Assembly: GCF_902713615.1 (NCBI RefSeq)
Contig: NC_052176.1
Span: 11,732,243-11,796,242, forward strand
Source: Scyliorhinus canicula
Lineage: Eukaryota
DNA length: 64,000 bases
Reading direction: 5' to 3'
A model generated the notes under the pieces. It was not told where the DNA came from, did not search any database, and worked only from the letters and a program-made list of their open reading frames with translations. The translations under genes and the position numbers were made by a program. Positions 38,401 to 53,400 of the stretch are shown here, piece by piece. Position 1 is the stretch's first letter. Every line of letters starts with the position of its first letter.

Positions 38401-41400
38401 TCGAGGGCCGAAGGGCCTGTACTGCGCAGTATCGTTCTATGTTCTATGAGTGAGTAAATCCCACACTCACACACTGTATCAGAGTGAGTAAATCCCACAC
38501 TCTCACACTGTATCAGAGAGTGAGTAAATCCCACACTCACACACTGTATCAGAGAGTGAGTAAATCCCACACACACACTGTATCAGAGAGTGAGTAAATC
38601 CCACACTCTCACTGTATCAGAGAGTGAGTAAATCCCACACTCTCACATTGTATCAGAGAGTGAGTAAATCCCACACTCACACACTGTATCAGAGAGTGAG
38701 TAAATCCCACACTCACACATTGTATCAGAGTGAGTAAATCCCACACTCACACTGTATCAGAGAGTGAGTAAATCCCACACTCTCACACTGTATCAGAGAG
38801 TGAGTATATCCCACACTCACACACTGTATTAGAGAGTGAGTAAGTCCCACAGACACACACTGTATCAGAGTGAGTAAATCCCACACTGTATCAGAGAGTG
38901 AGTAAATCCCACACACACTGTATCAAAGAGTGAGTAAATCCCACACTCACACACTGTATCAGAGTGAGTAAATCCCACACTCTCACACTGTATCGGAGAG
39001 TGAGTAAATCCCACACTCACACACTGTATCAGAGTGAGTAAATCCCACACACACTGTATCAAAGAGTGAGTAAATCCCACACTCACACACTGTATCAGAG
39101 AGTGAGTAAATCCCACACTCACACTGTATCAGAGAGAGAGTAAATCCCACACTCACTCTGTATCAGAGAGAGAGTAAATCCCACACTCACACTGTATCAG
39201 AGAGAGTAAATCCCACACTCACTCTGTATCAGAGAGTGAGTAAATCCCACACTCACTCTGTATCAGAGAGTGAGTAAATCCCACACTCACTCTGTATCAG
39301 AGAGTGAGTAAATCCCACACTCACACACTGTATCAGAGAGAGAGTAAATCCCACACTCACACTGTATCAGAGAGAGTAAATCCCACACTCACTCTGTATC
39401 AGAGAGTGTGTAAATCCCACACTCACACAGTATCAGAGAGAGAGAGTAAATCCCACACTCGCTCTGTATCAGAGAGTGAGTAAATCCCACACTCACACAT
39501 TGTATCAGAGTGAGTAAATCCCACACTCACACTGTATCAGAGAGTGGGTAAATCCCACACAAACTGTGTCAGAGAGTGAGTAAATCCCACACTCTCACAC
39601 TGTATCAGAGAGTGAGTATATCCCACACTCACACACTGTATTAGAGAGTGAGTAAGTCCCACAGACACACACTGTATCAGAGTGAGTAAATCCCACACTG
39701 TATCAGAGAGTGAGTAAATCCCACACTCACACACTGTATCAGAGTGAGTAAATCCCACACTCTCACACTGTATCAGAGAGTGAGTAAATCCCACACTCAC
39801 ACACTGTATCAGAGTGAGTAAATCCCCACACACACTGTACCAGAGAGTGAGTAAATCCCACATTCACACACTGTATCAGAGAGTGAGCAAATCCCACACT
39901 GTATCAGAGAGTGAGTAAATCCCACACTCCACACTGTATCAGAGAGTGAGTAAATCCCACACTCACACTGTATCAGAGAGTGAGTAAATCCCACACTCAC
40001 ACACTGTATCAGAGAGTGAGTAAATCCCACACTCACACTGTATCAGAGAGAGAGTAAATCCCACACTCACTCTGTATCAGAGAGTGAGTAAATCCCACAC
40101 TCACACACTGTATCAGAGAGAGAGTAAATCCCACACTCACACTGTATCAGAGAGTGAGTAAATCCCACACTCACACATCTGTATCAGAGAGTGAGTAAAT
40201 CCACACACTCACTCTGTATCAGAGAGTGAGTAAATCCCACACTCACTACTGTATCAGAGAGTGAGTAAATCCCACACTCACACACTGTATCAGAGAGAGA
40301 GTAAATCCCACACTCGCACTGTATCAGAGAGAGTAAATCCCACACTCACTCTGTATCAGAGAGTGAGTAAATCCCACACTCACTCTGTATCAGAGAGTGA
40401 GTAAATCCCACACTCACACTGTATCAGAGAGAGAATAAATCCCACACTCACTCTGTATCAGAGAGTGAGTAAATCCCACACTCACACACTGTATCAGAGA
40501 GAGAGTAAATCCCACACTCACACTGTATCAGAGAGAGAGTAAATCCCACACTCACACTGTATCAGAGAGAGTAAATCCCACACTCACTCTGTATCAGAGA
40601 GTGAGTAAATCCCACACTCACTCTGTATCAGAGAGTGAGTAAATCCCACACTCACTCTGTATCAGAGAGTGAGTAAATCCCACACTCACACTGTATCAGA
40701 GAGTGAGTAAATCCCACACAAACTGTGTCAGAGAGTGAGTATATCCCACACTCACACACTGTATTAGAGAGTGAGTAATTCCCACAGACACACACTGTAT
40801 CAGAGTGAGTAAATCCCACACACACTGTATCAAAAAGTGAGTAAATCCCACACTCACACACTGTATCAGAGTGAGTAAATCCCACACTCTCACACTGTAT
40901 CAGAGAGTGAGTAAATCCCACACTCACACACTGTATCAGAGAGCGAGTAAATCCCACACTCACACTGTATCAGAGAGTGAGTAAATCCCACACTCACACT
41001 GTATCAGAGAGTGAGTAAATCCCACACTCCCACACTGTATCAGAGAGAGAGTAAATCCCACACTCACACTGTATCAGAGAGAGTAAATCCCACACTCGCT
41101 CTGTATCAGAGAGTGAGTAAATCCCACACTCACTCTGTATCAGAGAGTGAGTAAATCCCACACTCTCACTGTATCAGAGAGTGAGTAAATCCCACACTCA
41201 CACATTGTATCAGAGTGAGTAAATCCCGCACTCACACTGTATCAGAGAGTGAGTAAATCCCACATAAACTGTGTCAGAGAGTGAGTAAATCCCACACTCT
41301 CACACTGTATCAGAGAGTGAGTATATCCCACACTCACACACTGTATTAGAGAGTGAGTAAGTCCCACAGACACACACTGTATCAGAGTGAGTAAATCCCA

Positions 41401-44400
41401 CACTGTATCAGAGAGTGAGTAAATCCCACACACACTGTATCAAAGAGTGAGTAAATCCCACACTCTCACACTGTATCAGAGTGAGTAAATCCCACACTCT
41501 CACACTGTATCAGAGAGTGAGTAAATCCCACACTCACACACTGTATCAGAGTGAGTAAATCCCACACACACTGTACCAGAGAGTGAGTAAATCCCACATT
41601 CACACACTGTATCAGAGAGTGAGCAAATCCCACACTGTATCAGAGAGTGAGTAAATCCCACACTCTCACACTGTATCAGAGAGTGAGTAAACCCCACACT
41701 CACACTGTATCAGAGAGTGAGTAAATCCCACACTCACACACTGTATCAGAGAGTGAGTAAATCCCACACTCACACTGTATCAGAGAGTGAGTAAATCCCA
41801 CACTCACTCTGTATCAGAGAGTGAGTAAATCCCACACTCACACACTGTATCAGAGAAAGAGTAAATCCCACACTCACACTGTATCAGAGAGAGTAAATCC
41901 CACACTCACTCTTTATCAGAGAGTGAGTAAATCCCACACTCACTCTGTATCAGAGAGTGAGTAAATCCCACACTCACACACTGTATCAGAGAGAGAGTAA
42001 ATCCCACACTCACACTGTATCAGAGAGAGTAAATCCCACACTCACTCTGTATCAGAGAGTGAGTAAATCCCACACTCACTCTGTATCAGAGAGTGAGTAA
42101 ATCCCACACTCACACTGTATCAGAGAGAGAATAAATCCCACACTCACTCTGTATCAGAGAGTGAGTAAATCCCACACTCACACACTGTATCAGAGTGAGT
42201 AAATCCCACACTCACACACTGTATCAGAGAGAGAGTAAATCCCACACTCACACTGTATCAGAGAGAGTAAATCCCACACTCACTCTGTATCAGAGAGTGA
42301 GTAAATCCCACACTCACTCTGTATCAGAGAGTGAGTAAATCCCACACTCACTCTGTATCAGAGAGTGAGTAAATCCCACACTCTCACTGTATCAGAGAGT
42401 GAGTAAATCACACACAAACTGTGTCAGAGAGTGAGTATATCCCACACTCACACACTGTATTAGAGAGTGAGTAATTCCCACAGACACACACTGTATCAGA
42501 GTGAGTAAATCCCACACACACTGTATCAAAAAGTGAGTAAATCCCACACTCACACACTGTATCAGAGTGAGTAAATCCCACACTCTCACACTGTATCAGA
42601 GAGTGAGTAAATCCCACACTCACACACTGTATCAGAGAGTGAGTAAATCCCACACTCACACTGTATCAGAGAGTGAGTAAATCCCGCACTCACTCTGTAT
42701 CAGAGAGTGAGTAAATCCCACACTCTCACACTGTATCAGAGAGTGAGTATATCCCACACTCACACACTGTATCAGAGAGTGAGTAAGTCCCACAGACACA
42801 CACTGTATCAGAGTGAGTAAATCCCACACACACTGTATCAAAAAGTGAGTAAATCCCACACTCACACACTGTATCAGAGTGATTAAATCCCACACTCTCA
42901 CACTGTATCAGAGAGTGAGTAAATCCCACACTCACACACTGTATCAGAGAGTGAGTAAATCCCACACTCACACTGTATCAGAGAGTGAGTAAATCCCACA
43001 CTCACACTGTATCAGAGAGTGAGTAAATCCCACACTCACACTGTATCAGAGAGAGAGTAAATCCCACACTCACTCTGTATCAGAGAGTGAGTAAATCCCA
43101 CACTCACACACTGTATCAGAGAGAGAGTAAATCCCACACTCACACTGTATCAGAGAGAGTAAATCCCACACTCACTCTGTATCAGAGAGTGAGTAAATCC
43201 CACACTCACTCTGTATCAGAGAGTGAGTAAATCCCACACTCACACTGTATCAGAGAGAGAATAAATCCCACACTCACTCTGTATCAGAGAGTGAGTAAAT
43301 CCCCCACTCACACACTGTATCAGAGAGAGAGTAAATCCCACACACACACTGTATCAGAGAGAGTAATTCCCACACTCACTCTGTATCAGAGAGTGAGTAA
43401 ATCCCACACTCACTCTGTATCAGAGAGTGAGTAAATCCCACACTCACTCTGTATCAGAAAGTGAGTAAACCCCACACTCTCACTGTATCAGAGAGAGAGT
43501 AAATCCCACACTGACACACTGTATCAGAGTGAGTAAATCCCACACTCACACTGTATCAGAGAGTGAGTAAATCCCACACAAACTGTGTCAGAGAGTGAGT
43601 AAATCCCACACTCACACTGTATCAGAGAGAGAGTAAATCCCACACTCACTCTGTATCAGAGAGAGAGTAAATCCCACACTCACACTGTATCAGAGAGAGT
43701 AAACCCCACACGCACTCTGTATGAGAGATTGAGTAAATCCCACACTCACTCTGTACCAGAGAGTGAGTAAATCCCACACTCACACTGTATCAGAGAGAGA
43801 GTAAATCCCACACTCACACTGTATCAGAGAGAGTAAATCCCACACTCACTCTGTATCAGAGAGTGAGTAAATCCCACACTCACACATTGTATCAGAGTGA
43901 GTAAATCCCACACTCACACTGTATCAGAGGGTGAGTAAATCCCACACTCTCACACTGTATCAGAGTGAGTAAATCCCACACTCACACACTGTATCAGAGA
44001 GGGAGTAAATCCCTCACGCACACACTGTATCAGAGAGTGAGTAAATCCCACACTGACACACTGTATCAGAGAGTGAGTAAATCCCACACTCACACTGTAT
44101 CAGAGAGTGAGTAAATCCCACACTCACACATTGTATCAGAGAGTGAGTAAATCCCACACTGACACACTGTATCAGCGAGTGAGTAAATCCCACACTCACA
44201 CACTGTATCAGAGAGTGAGTAAATCCCACACTCACACACTGTATCAGAGTGAGTAAATCCCACACTCTCACACTGTATCAGAGAGTGAGTAAATCCCACA
44301 CTCACACACTGTATCAGAGTGAGTAAATCCCACACACACTGTATCAGAGAGTGAGTAAATCCCACATTCACACACTGTATCAGAGAGTGAGTAAATCCCA

Positions 44401-47400
44401 CACTCACATACTGTATCAGTGAGTGAGTAAATCCCACACTCACACACTGTATCAGAGAGTGAGTAAATCCCACACTCACACACTGTATCAGAGAGTGAGT
44501 AAATCCCACACTCTCACACTGTATCAGAGAGTGAGTAAATCCCACACTCACACACTGTATCAGAGAGTGAGTAAATCCCACACTCACACTGTATCAGAGA
44601 GTGAGTAAATCCCACACTCACACACTGTATCAGAGAGTGAGTCAAATCCACACTCACACTGTATCAGAGAGTGAGTAAATCCCACACTCACACACTGTAT
44701 CAGAGAGTGAGTAAATCCCACACTCACACTGTATCAGAGAGTGAGTAAATCCCACACTCACACACTGTATCAGAGAGTGAGTAAATCCCACACATTCAGA
44801 GAGTGAGTAAATCCCACACACACTGTATCAGAGAGTGAGTAAATCCCACACTCCACACTGTATCAGAGAGTAGAGTAAATCCCACACTCACACTGTATCA
44901 GAGAGTGAGTAAATCCCACACTCACACACTGTATCAGAGAGTGAGTAAATCCCACACTCACTCTGTATCAGAGAGTGAGTAAATCCCACACTCACACACT
45001 GTATCAGAGAGTGAGTAAATCCCACACTCGCAACTGTATCAGAGAGGAGTAATCCCACACTCACACACTGTATCAGAGAGTGAGTAAATCCCACACTCAC
45101 ACACTGTATCAGAGAGTGAGTAAATCCCACACTCACACTGTATCAGAGAGAGTAAATCCCACACTCACACTGTATCAGAGAGTGAGTAAATCCCACACTC
45201 ACACACTGTATCAGAGAGTGAGTAAATCCCACACTCACACTGTATCAGAGAGTGAGTAAATCCCACACTCACACTGTATCAGAGAGAGTAAATCCCACAC
45301 TCACTCTGTATCAGAGAGTGAGTAAATCCCACACTCACTCTGTATCAGAGAGTGAGTAAATCCCACACTCACTCTGTATCAGAGAGTGAGTAAATCCCAC
45401 ACTCACACTGTATCAGAGAGTGAGTAAATCCCACACAAACTGTGTCAGAGTGTGAGTATATCCCACACTCACACACTGTATTAGAGAGTGAGTAATTCCC
45501 ACAGACACACACTGTATCAGAGTGAGTAAATCCCACACACACTGTATCAAAAAGTGAGTAAATCCCACACTCACACACTGTATCAGAGTGAGTAAATCCC
45601 ACACTCTCACACTGTATCAGAGAGTGAGTAAATCCCACACTCACACACTGTATCAGAGAGTGAGTAAATCCCACACTCACACTGTATCAGAGAGTGAGTA
45701 AATCCCACACTCACACTGTATCAGAGAGTGAGTAAATCCCACACTCCCACACTGTATCAGAGAGAGAGTAAATCCCACACTCACACTGTATCAGAGAGTG
45801 AGTAAATCCCACACTCACACTGTATCAGAGAGTGAGTAAATCCCACACTCACACTGTATCAGAGAGTGAGTAAATCCCACACTCACACTGTATCAGAGAG
45901 TGAGTAAATCCCACACTCACACCTGTATCAGAGAGTGAGTAAATCCCACACTCACACTGTATCAGAGAGTGAGTAAATCCCACATCACACACTGTATCAG
46001 AGAGTGAGTAAATCCCACACTCACACACTGTATCAGAGAGTGAGTATATCCCACACTCACACACTGTATCAGAGAGTGAGTAAATCCCACACTCACACAC
46101 TGTATCAGAGAGTGAGTAAATCCCCACACACACTGTATCAGAGAGTGAGTAAATCCCACACTCACACTGTATCAGAGAGTGAGTAAATCCCACACTCACA
46201 CACTGTATCAGAGAGTGAGTAAATCCCACACTCACACACTGTATCAGAGAGTGAGTAAATCCCACACTCACACACTGTATCAGAGAGTGAGTAAATCCCA
46301 CACACACTGTATCAGAGAGTGAGTAAATCCCACATTCACACACTGTATCAGAGAGTGAGCAAATCCCACACTGTATCAGAGAGTGAGTAAATCCCACACT
46401 CTCACACTGTATCAGAGAGAGAGTAAATCCCACACTCACTCTGTATCAGAGAGTGAGTAAATCCCACACTCACACACTGTATCAGAAAGAGTAAATCCCA
46501 CACTCACACTGTATCAGAGAGAGTAAATCCCACACTCACTCTGTATCAGAGAGTGAGTAAATCCCACACTCACTCTGTATCAGAGAGTGAGTAAATCCCA
46601 CACTCACACACTGTATCAGAGAGTGAGTAAATCCCACACTCTCACACTGTATCAGAGAGTGAGTAAATCCCACACTCACACACTGTATCAGAGTGAGTAA
46701 ATCCCACACACACTGTACCAGAGAGTGAGTAAATCCCACATTCACACACTGTATCAGAGAGTGAGCAAATCCCACACTCAAATACTGTATCAGTGAGTGA
46801 GTAAATCCCACACTCACACACTGTATCAGAGAGTGAGTAAATCCCACACTCACACACTGTATCAGAGAGTGAGTAAATCCCACACTCACACTGTATCAGA
46901 GAGTGAGTAAATCCCACACTCACACACTGTATCAGAGAGTGAGTAAATCCCCACTCACACACTGTATCAGAGAGTGAGTAAATCCCACACTCACACACTG
47001 TATCAGAGAGTGAGTAAATCCCACACCACACTGTATCAGAGAGTGAGTAAATCCCACACTCACACTGTATCAGAGAGTGAGTAAATCCCACACTCACAAC
47101 TGTATCAGAGAGTGAGTAAATCCCACACTCACACACTGTATCAGAGAGTGAGTAAATCCCACACTCACACACTGTATCAGAGAGTGAGTAAATCCCACAC
47201 TCACACTGTATCAGAGAGTGAGTAAATCCCACACTCACACACTGTATCAGAGAGAGAGTAAATCCACACTCACACCTGTATCAGAGAGTGAGTAAATCCC
47301 ACACTCACTCTGTATCAGAGAGTGAGTAAATCCCACACTCACTCTGTATCAGAGAGTGAGTAAATCCCACACTCACACACTGTATCAGAGAGAGAGTAAA

Positions 47401-50400
47401 TCCCACACTCGCACTGTATCAGAGAGAGTAAATCCCACACTCACTCTGTATCAGAGAGTGAGTAAATCCCACACTCACTCTGTATCAGAGAGTGAGTAAA
47501 TCCCACACTCACACTGTATCAGAGAGAGAATAAATCCCACACTCACTCTGTATCAGAGAGTGAGTAAATCCCACACTCACACACTGTATCAGAGAGAGAG
47601 TAAATCCCACACTCACACTGTATCAGAGAGAGAGTAAATCCCACACTCACACTGTATCAGAGAGAGTAAATCCCACACTCACTCTGTATCAGAGAGTGAG
47701 TAAATCCCACACTCACTCTGTATCAGAGAGTGAGTAAATCCCACACTCACTCTGTATCAGAGAGTGAGTAAATCCCACACTCACACTGTATCAGAGAGTG
47801 AGTAAATCCCACACACAACTGTGTCAGAGTGTGAGTATATCCCACACTCACACACTGTATTAGAGAGTGAGTAAATCCCACAGACACACACTGTATCAGA
47901 GAGTGAGTAAATCCCACACACACTGTATCAGAGAGTGAGTAAATCCCACACTCACACACTGTATCAGAGTGAGTAAATCCCACACTCTCACACTGTATCA
48001 GAGAGTGAGTAAATCCCACACTCACACACTGTATCAGAGAGTGAGTAAATCCCACACTCACACTGTATCAGAGAGTGAGTAAATCCCACACTCACACTGT
48101 ATCAGAGAGTGAGTAAATCCCACACTCCCACACTGTATCAGAGAGAGAGTAAATCCCACACTCACACTGTATCAGAGAGAGTAAATCCCACACTCACATA
48201 CTGTATCAGAGAGTGAGTAAATCCCACACTCACATACTGTATCAGAGAGTGAGTAAATCCCACACTCTCACTGTATCAGAGAGTGAGTAAATCCCACACT
48301 CACACACTATATCAGAGAGTGAGTAAATCCCACACTCACACTGTATCAGAGAGTGAGTAAATCCCACACTCACACACTATATCAGAGAGTGAGTAAATCC
48401 CACACTCTCACACTGTATCAGAGAGTGAGTATAATCCCACACTCACACACTGTATCTAGAGAGTGAGTAAGTCCCACAGATCACACTGTATCAGAGAGTG
48501 AGTAAATCCACACTCACACTGTATCAGAGAGTGAGTAAATCCCACACTACACACTGTATCAGAGAGTGAGTAAATCCCACACTCTCACACTGTATCAGAG
48601 AGTGAGTAAATCCCACACTCTCACACTGTATCAGAGAGTGAGTAAATCCCACACTCACACACTGTATCAGAGAGTGAGTAAATCCCACACTCACACACTG
48701 TATCAGAGAGTGAGTAAATCCCACACTTCACACACTGTATCAGAGAGTGAGTAAATCCCACACTGTATCAGAGAGTGAGTAAATCCACACTCTCACACTG
48801 TATCAGAGAGTGAGTAAATCCCACACTCACATACTGTATCAGAGAGTGAGTAAATCCCACACTCACACACTGTATCAGAGAGTGAGTAAATCCCACACTC
48901 ACACTGTATCAGAGAGTGAGTAAATCCCACACTCACACACTGTATCAGAGAGTGAGTAAATCCCACACTCACACTGTATCAGAGAGTGAGTAAATCCCAC
49001 ACTCACACACTGTATCAGAGAGTGAGTAAATCCCACACTCACACTGTATCAGAGAGTGAGTAAATCCCACACTCACACACTGTATCAGAGAGTGAGTAAA
49101 TCCCACACTCACACTGTATCAGAGAGTGAGTAAATCCCACACTCACACACTGTATCAGAGAGTGAGTAAATCCCACACTCACACTGTATCAGAGAGTGAG
49201 TAAATCCCACACTCACACACTGTATCAGAGAGTGAGTAAATCCCACACTCACACTGTATCAGAGAGTGAGTAAATCCCACACTCACACTGTATCAGAGAG
49301 TGAGTAAATCCCACACTCCACACTGTATCAGAGAGTGAGTAAATCCCACACTCACACTGTATCAGAGAGTGAGTAAATCCCACACTCTCACACTGTATCA
49401 GAGAGTGAGTAAATCCCACACTCACACTGTATCAGAGAGTGAGTAAATCCCACACTCACACACTGTATCAGAGAGTGAGTAAATCCCACACTCACACACT
49501 GTATCAGAGAGTGAGTAAATCCCACCCACACACTGTATCAGAGAGTGAGTAAATCCCACACTCACACACTGTATCAGAGAGTGAGTAAATCCCACACTCA
49601 CACTGTATCAGAGAGTGAGTAAATCCCACACTCACACACTGTATCAGAGAGTGAGTAAATCCCACACTCACACACTGTATCAGAGAGTGAGTAAATCCCA
49701 CACTCACACACTGTATCAGAGAGTGAGTAAATCCCACACTCACACACTGTATCAGAGAGTGAGTAAATCCCACACTCACACACTGTATCAGAGAGTGAGT
49801 AAATCCCACACTCACACACTGTATCAGAGAGTGAGTAAATCCCACACTCACACTGTATCAGAGAGTGAGTAAATCCCACACTCACACACTGTATCAGAGT
49901 GATTAAATCCCACACTCTCACACTGTATCAGAGAGTGAGTAAATCCCACACTCTCACACTGTATCAGAGAGTGAGTATATCCCACACTCACACACTGTAT
50001 TAGAGAGTGAGTAAGTCCCACAGACACACACTGTATCAGAGTGAGTAAATCCCACACACACTGTATCAAAAAGTGAGTAAATCCCACACTCACACACTGT
50101 ATCAGAGTGATTAAATCCCACACTCTCACACTGTATCAGAGAGTGAGTAAATCCCACACTCTCACACTGTATCAGAGTGAGTAAATCCCACACTCTCACA
50201 CTGTATCAGAGAGTGAGTAAATCCCACACTCACACACTGTATCAGAGTGAGTAAATCCCACACACACTGTACCAGAGAGTGAGTAAATCCCACATTCACA
50301 CACTGTATCAGAGAGTGAGCAAATCCCACACTGTATCAGAGAGTGAGTAAATCCCACACTCTCACACTGTATCAGAGAGAGAGTAAATCCCACACTCACT

Positions 50401-53400
50401 CTGTATCAGAGAGTGAGTAAATCCCACACTCACACACTGTATCAGAAAGAGTAAATCCCACACTCACACTGTATCAGAGAGAGTAAATCCCACACTCACT
50501 CTGTATCAGAGAGTGAGTAAATCCCACACTCACTCTGTATCAGAGAGTGAGTAAATCCCACACTCACACACTGTATCAGAGTGAGTAAATCCCACACTCT
50601 CACACTGTATCAGAGAGTGAGTAAATCCCACACTCACACACTGTATCAGAGTGAGTAAATCCCACACACACTGTACCAGAGAGTGAGTAAATCCCACATT
50701 CACACACTGTATCAGAGAGTGAGCAAATCCCACACTCAAATACTGTATCAGTGAGTGAGTAAATCCCACACTCACACACTGTATCAGAGAGTGAGTAAAT
50801 CCCACACTCACACACTGTATCAGAGTGAGTAAATCCCACACTCTCACACTGTATCAGAGAGTGAGTAAATCCCACACTCACACACTGTATCAGAGTGAGT
50901 AAATCCCACACACACTGTACCAGAGAGTGAGTAAATCCCCCATTCACACACTGTATCAGAGAGTGAGCAAATCCCACACTGTATCAGAGAGTGAGTAAAT
51001 CCCACACTCTCACACTGTATCAGAGAGTGAGTAAATCCCACACTCACACTGTATCAGAGAGTGAGTAAATCCCACACTCACACACTGTATCAGAGAGTGA
51101 GTAAATCCCACACTCACACTGTTTCAGAGAGAGAGTAAATCCCACACTCGCTCTGTATCAGAGAGTGAGTAAATCCCACACTCACACACTGTATCAGAGA
51201 GAGAGTAAATCCCACACTCACACTGTATCAGAGAGAGTAAATCCCACACTCACTCTGTATCAGAGAGTGAGTAAATCCCACACTCACTCTGTATCAGAGA
51301 GTGAGTAAATCCCACACTCACACACTGTATCAGAGAGAGAGTAAATCCCACACTCGCACTGTATCAGAGAGTGAGTAAATCCCACACTCACACTGTATCA
51401 GAGAGTGAGTAAATCCCACACTCACACACTGTATCAGAGAGTGAGTAAATCCCACACTCACACTGTATCAGAGAGTGAGTAAAATCCCACACTCACACTG
51501 TATCAGAGAGTGAGTAAATCCCACACTCACACACTGTATCAGAGAGTGAGTAAATCCCACACTCCACACTGTATCAGAGAGTGAGTAAATCCCACACTCA
51601 CACTGTATCAGAGAGTGAGTAAATCCCACACTCACACTGTATCAGAGAGTGAGTAAATCCCACACTCACACTGTATCAGAGAGTGAGTAAATCCCACACT
51701 CACACTGTATCAGAGAGTGAGTAAATCCCACACTCACACTGTATCAGAGAGTGAGTAAATCCCACACACACTGTATCAGAGAGTGAGTAAATCCCACACT
51801 CACACACTGTATCAGAGAGTGAGTAATCCCACACACACTGTATCAGAGAGTGAGTAAATCCCACACCACACTGTATCAGAGAGTGAGTAAATCCCACACT
51901 CACACACTGTATCAGAGAGTGAGTAAATCCCACACTCTCACACTGTATCAGAGAGTGAGTAAATCCCACACTCACACACTGTATCAGAGAGTGAGTAAAT
52001 CCCCACCTCACACTGTATCAGAGAGTGAGTAAATCCCACACTCACACTGTATCAGAGAGTGAGTAAATCCCACACTCCACACTGTATCAGAGAGTGAGTA
52101 AATCCCACACTCACACACTGTATCAGAGAGTGAGTAAATCCCACACTCACACTGTATCAGAGAGTGAGTAAATCCCACACTCACACACTGTATCAGAGAG
52201 TGAGTAAATCCCACACTCACACACTGTATCAGAGAGTGAGTAAATCCCACACTCACACTGTATCAGAGAGTGAGTAAATCCCACACTCACACACTGTATC
52301 AGAGAGTGAGTAAATCCCACATCACACACTGTATCAGAGAGTGAGTAAATCCCACACTCACACACTGTATCAGAGAGTGAGTAAATCCCACACTCACACA
52401 CTGTATTAGAGAGTGAGTAAGTCCCACAGACACACACTGTATCAGAGTGAGTAAATCCCACACTGTATCAGAGAGTGAGTAAATCCCACACACACTGTAT
52501 CAAAGAGTGAGTAAATCCCACACTCTCACACTGTATCAGAGTGAGTAAATCCCACACTCTCACACTGTATCAGAGAGTGAGTAAATCCCACACTCACACA
52601 CTGTATCAGAGTGAGTAAATCCCACACACACTGTACCAGAGAGTGAGTAAATCCCACATTCACACACTGTATCAGAGAGTGAGCAAATCCCACACTGTAT
52701 CAGAGAGTGAGTAAATCCCACACTCTCACACTGTATCAGAGAGAGAGTAAATCCCACACTCACTCTGTATCAGAGAGTGAGTAAATCCCACACTCACACA
52801 CTGTATCAGAAAGAGTAAATCCCACACTCACACTGTATCAGAGAGAGTAAATCCCACACTCACTCTGTATCAGAGAGTGAGTAAATCCCACACTCACACT
52901 GTATCAGAGAGTGAGTAAATCCCACACTCACACACTGTATCAGAGAGTGAGTAAATCCCACACTCACACTGTATCAGAGAGTGAGTAAATCCCACACTCA
53001 CACACTGTATCAGAGAGTGAGTAAATCCCACACTCACACACTGTATCAGAGAGTGAGTAAATCCCACACTCACACTGTATCAGAGAGTGAGTAAATCCCA
53101 CACTCACACTGTATCAGAGAGTGAGTAAATCCCACACTCACACACTGTATCAGAGAGTGAGTAAATCCCACACTCACACACTGTATCAGAGAGGAGTAAA
53201 TCCCACACTCACACTGTATCAGAGAGTGAGTAAATCCCACACTCACACACTGTATCAGAGAGTGAGTAAATCCCACACTCACACACTGTATCAGAGAGTG
53301 AGTAAATCCCACACTCCACACTGTATCAGAGAGTGAGTAAATCCCACACACACACTGTATCAGAGAGTGAGTAAATCCCACACTCACACACTGTATAGAG

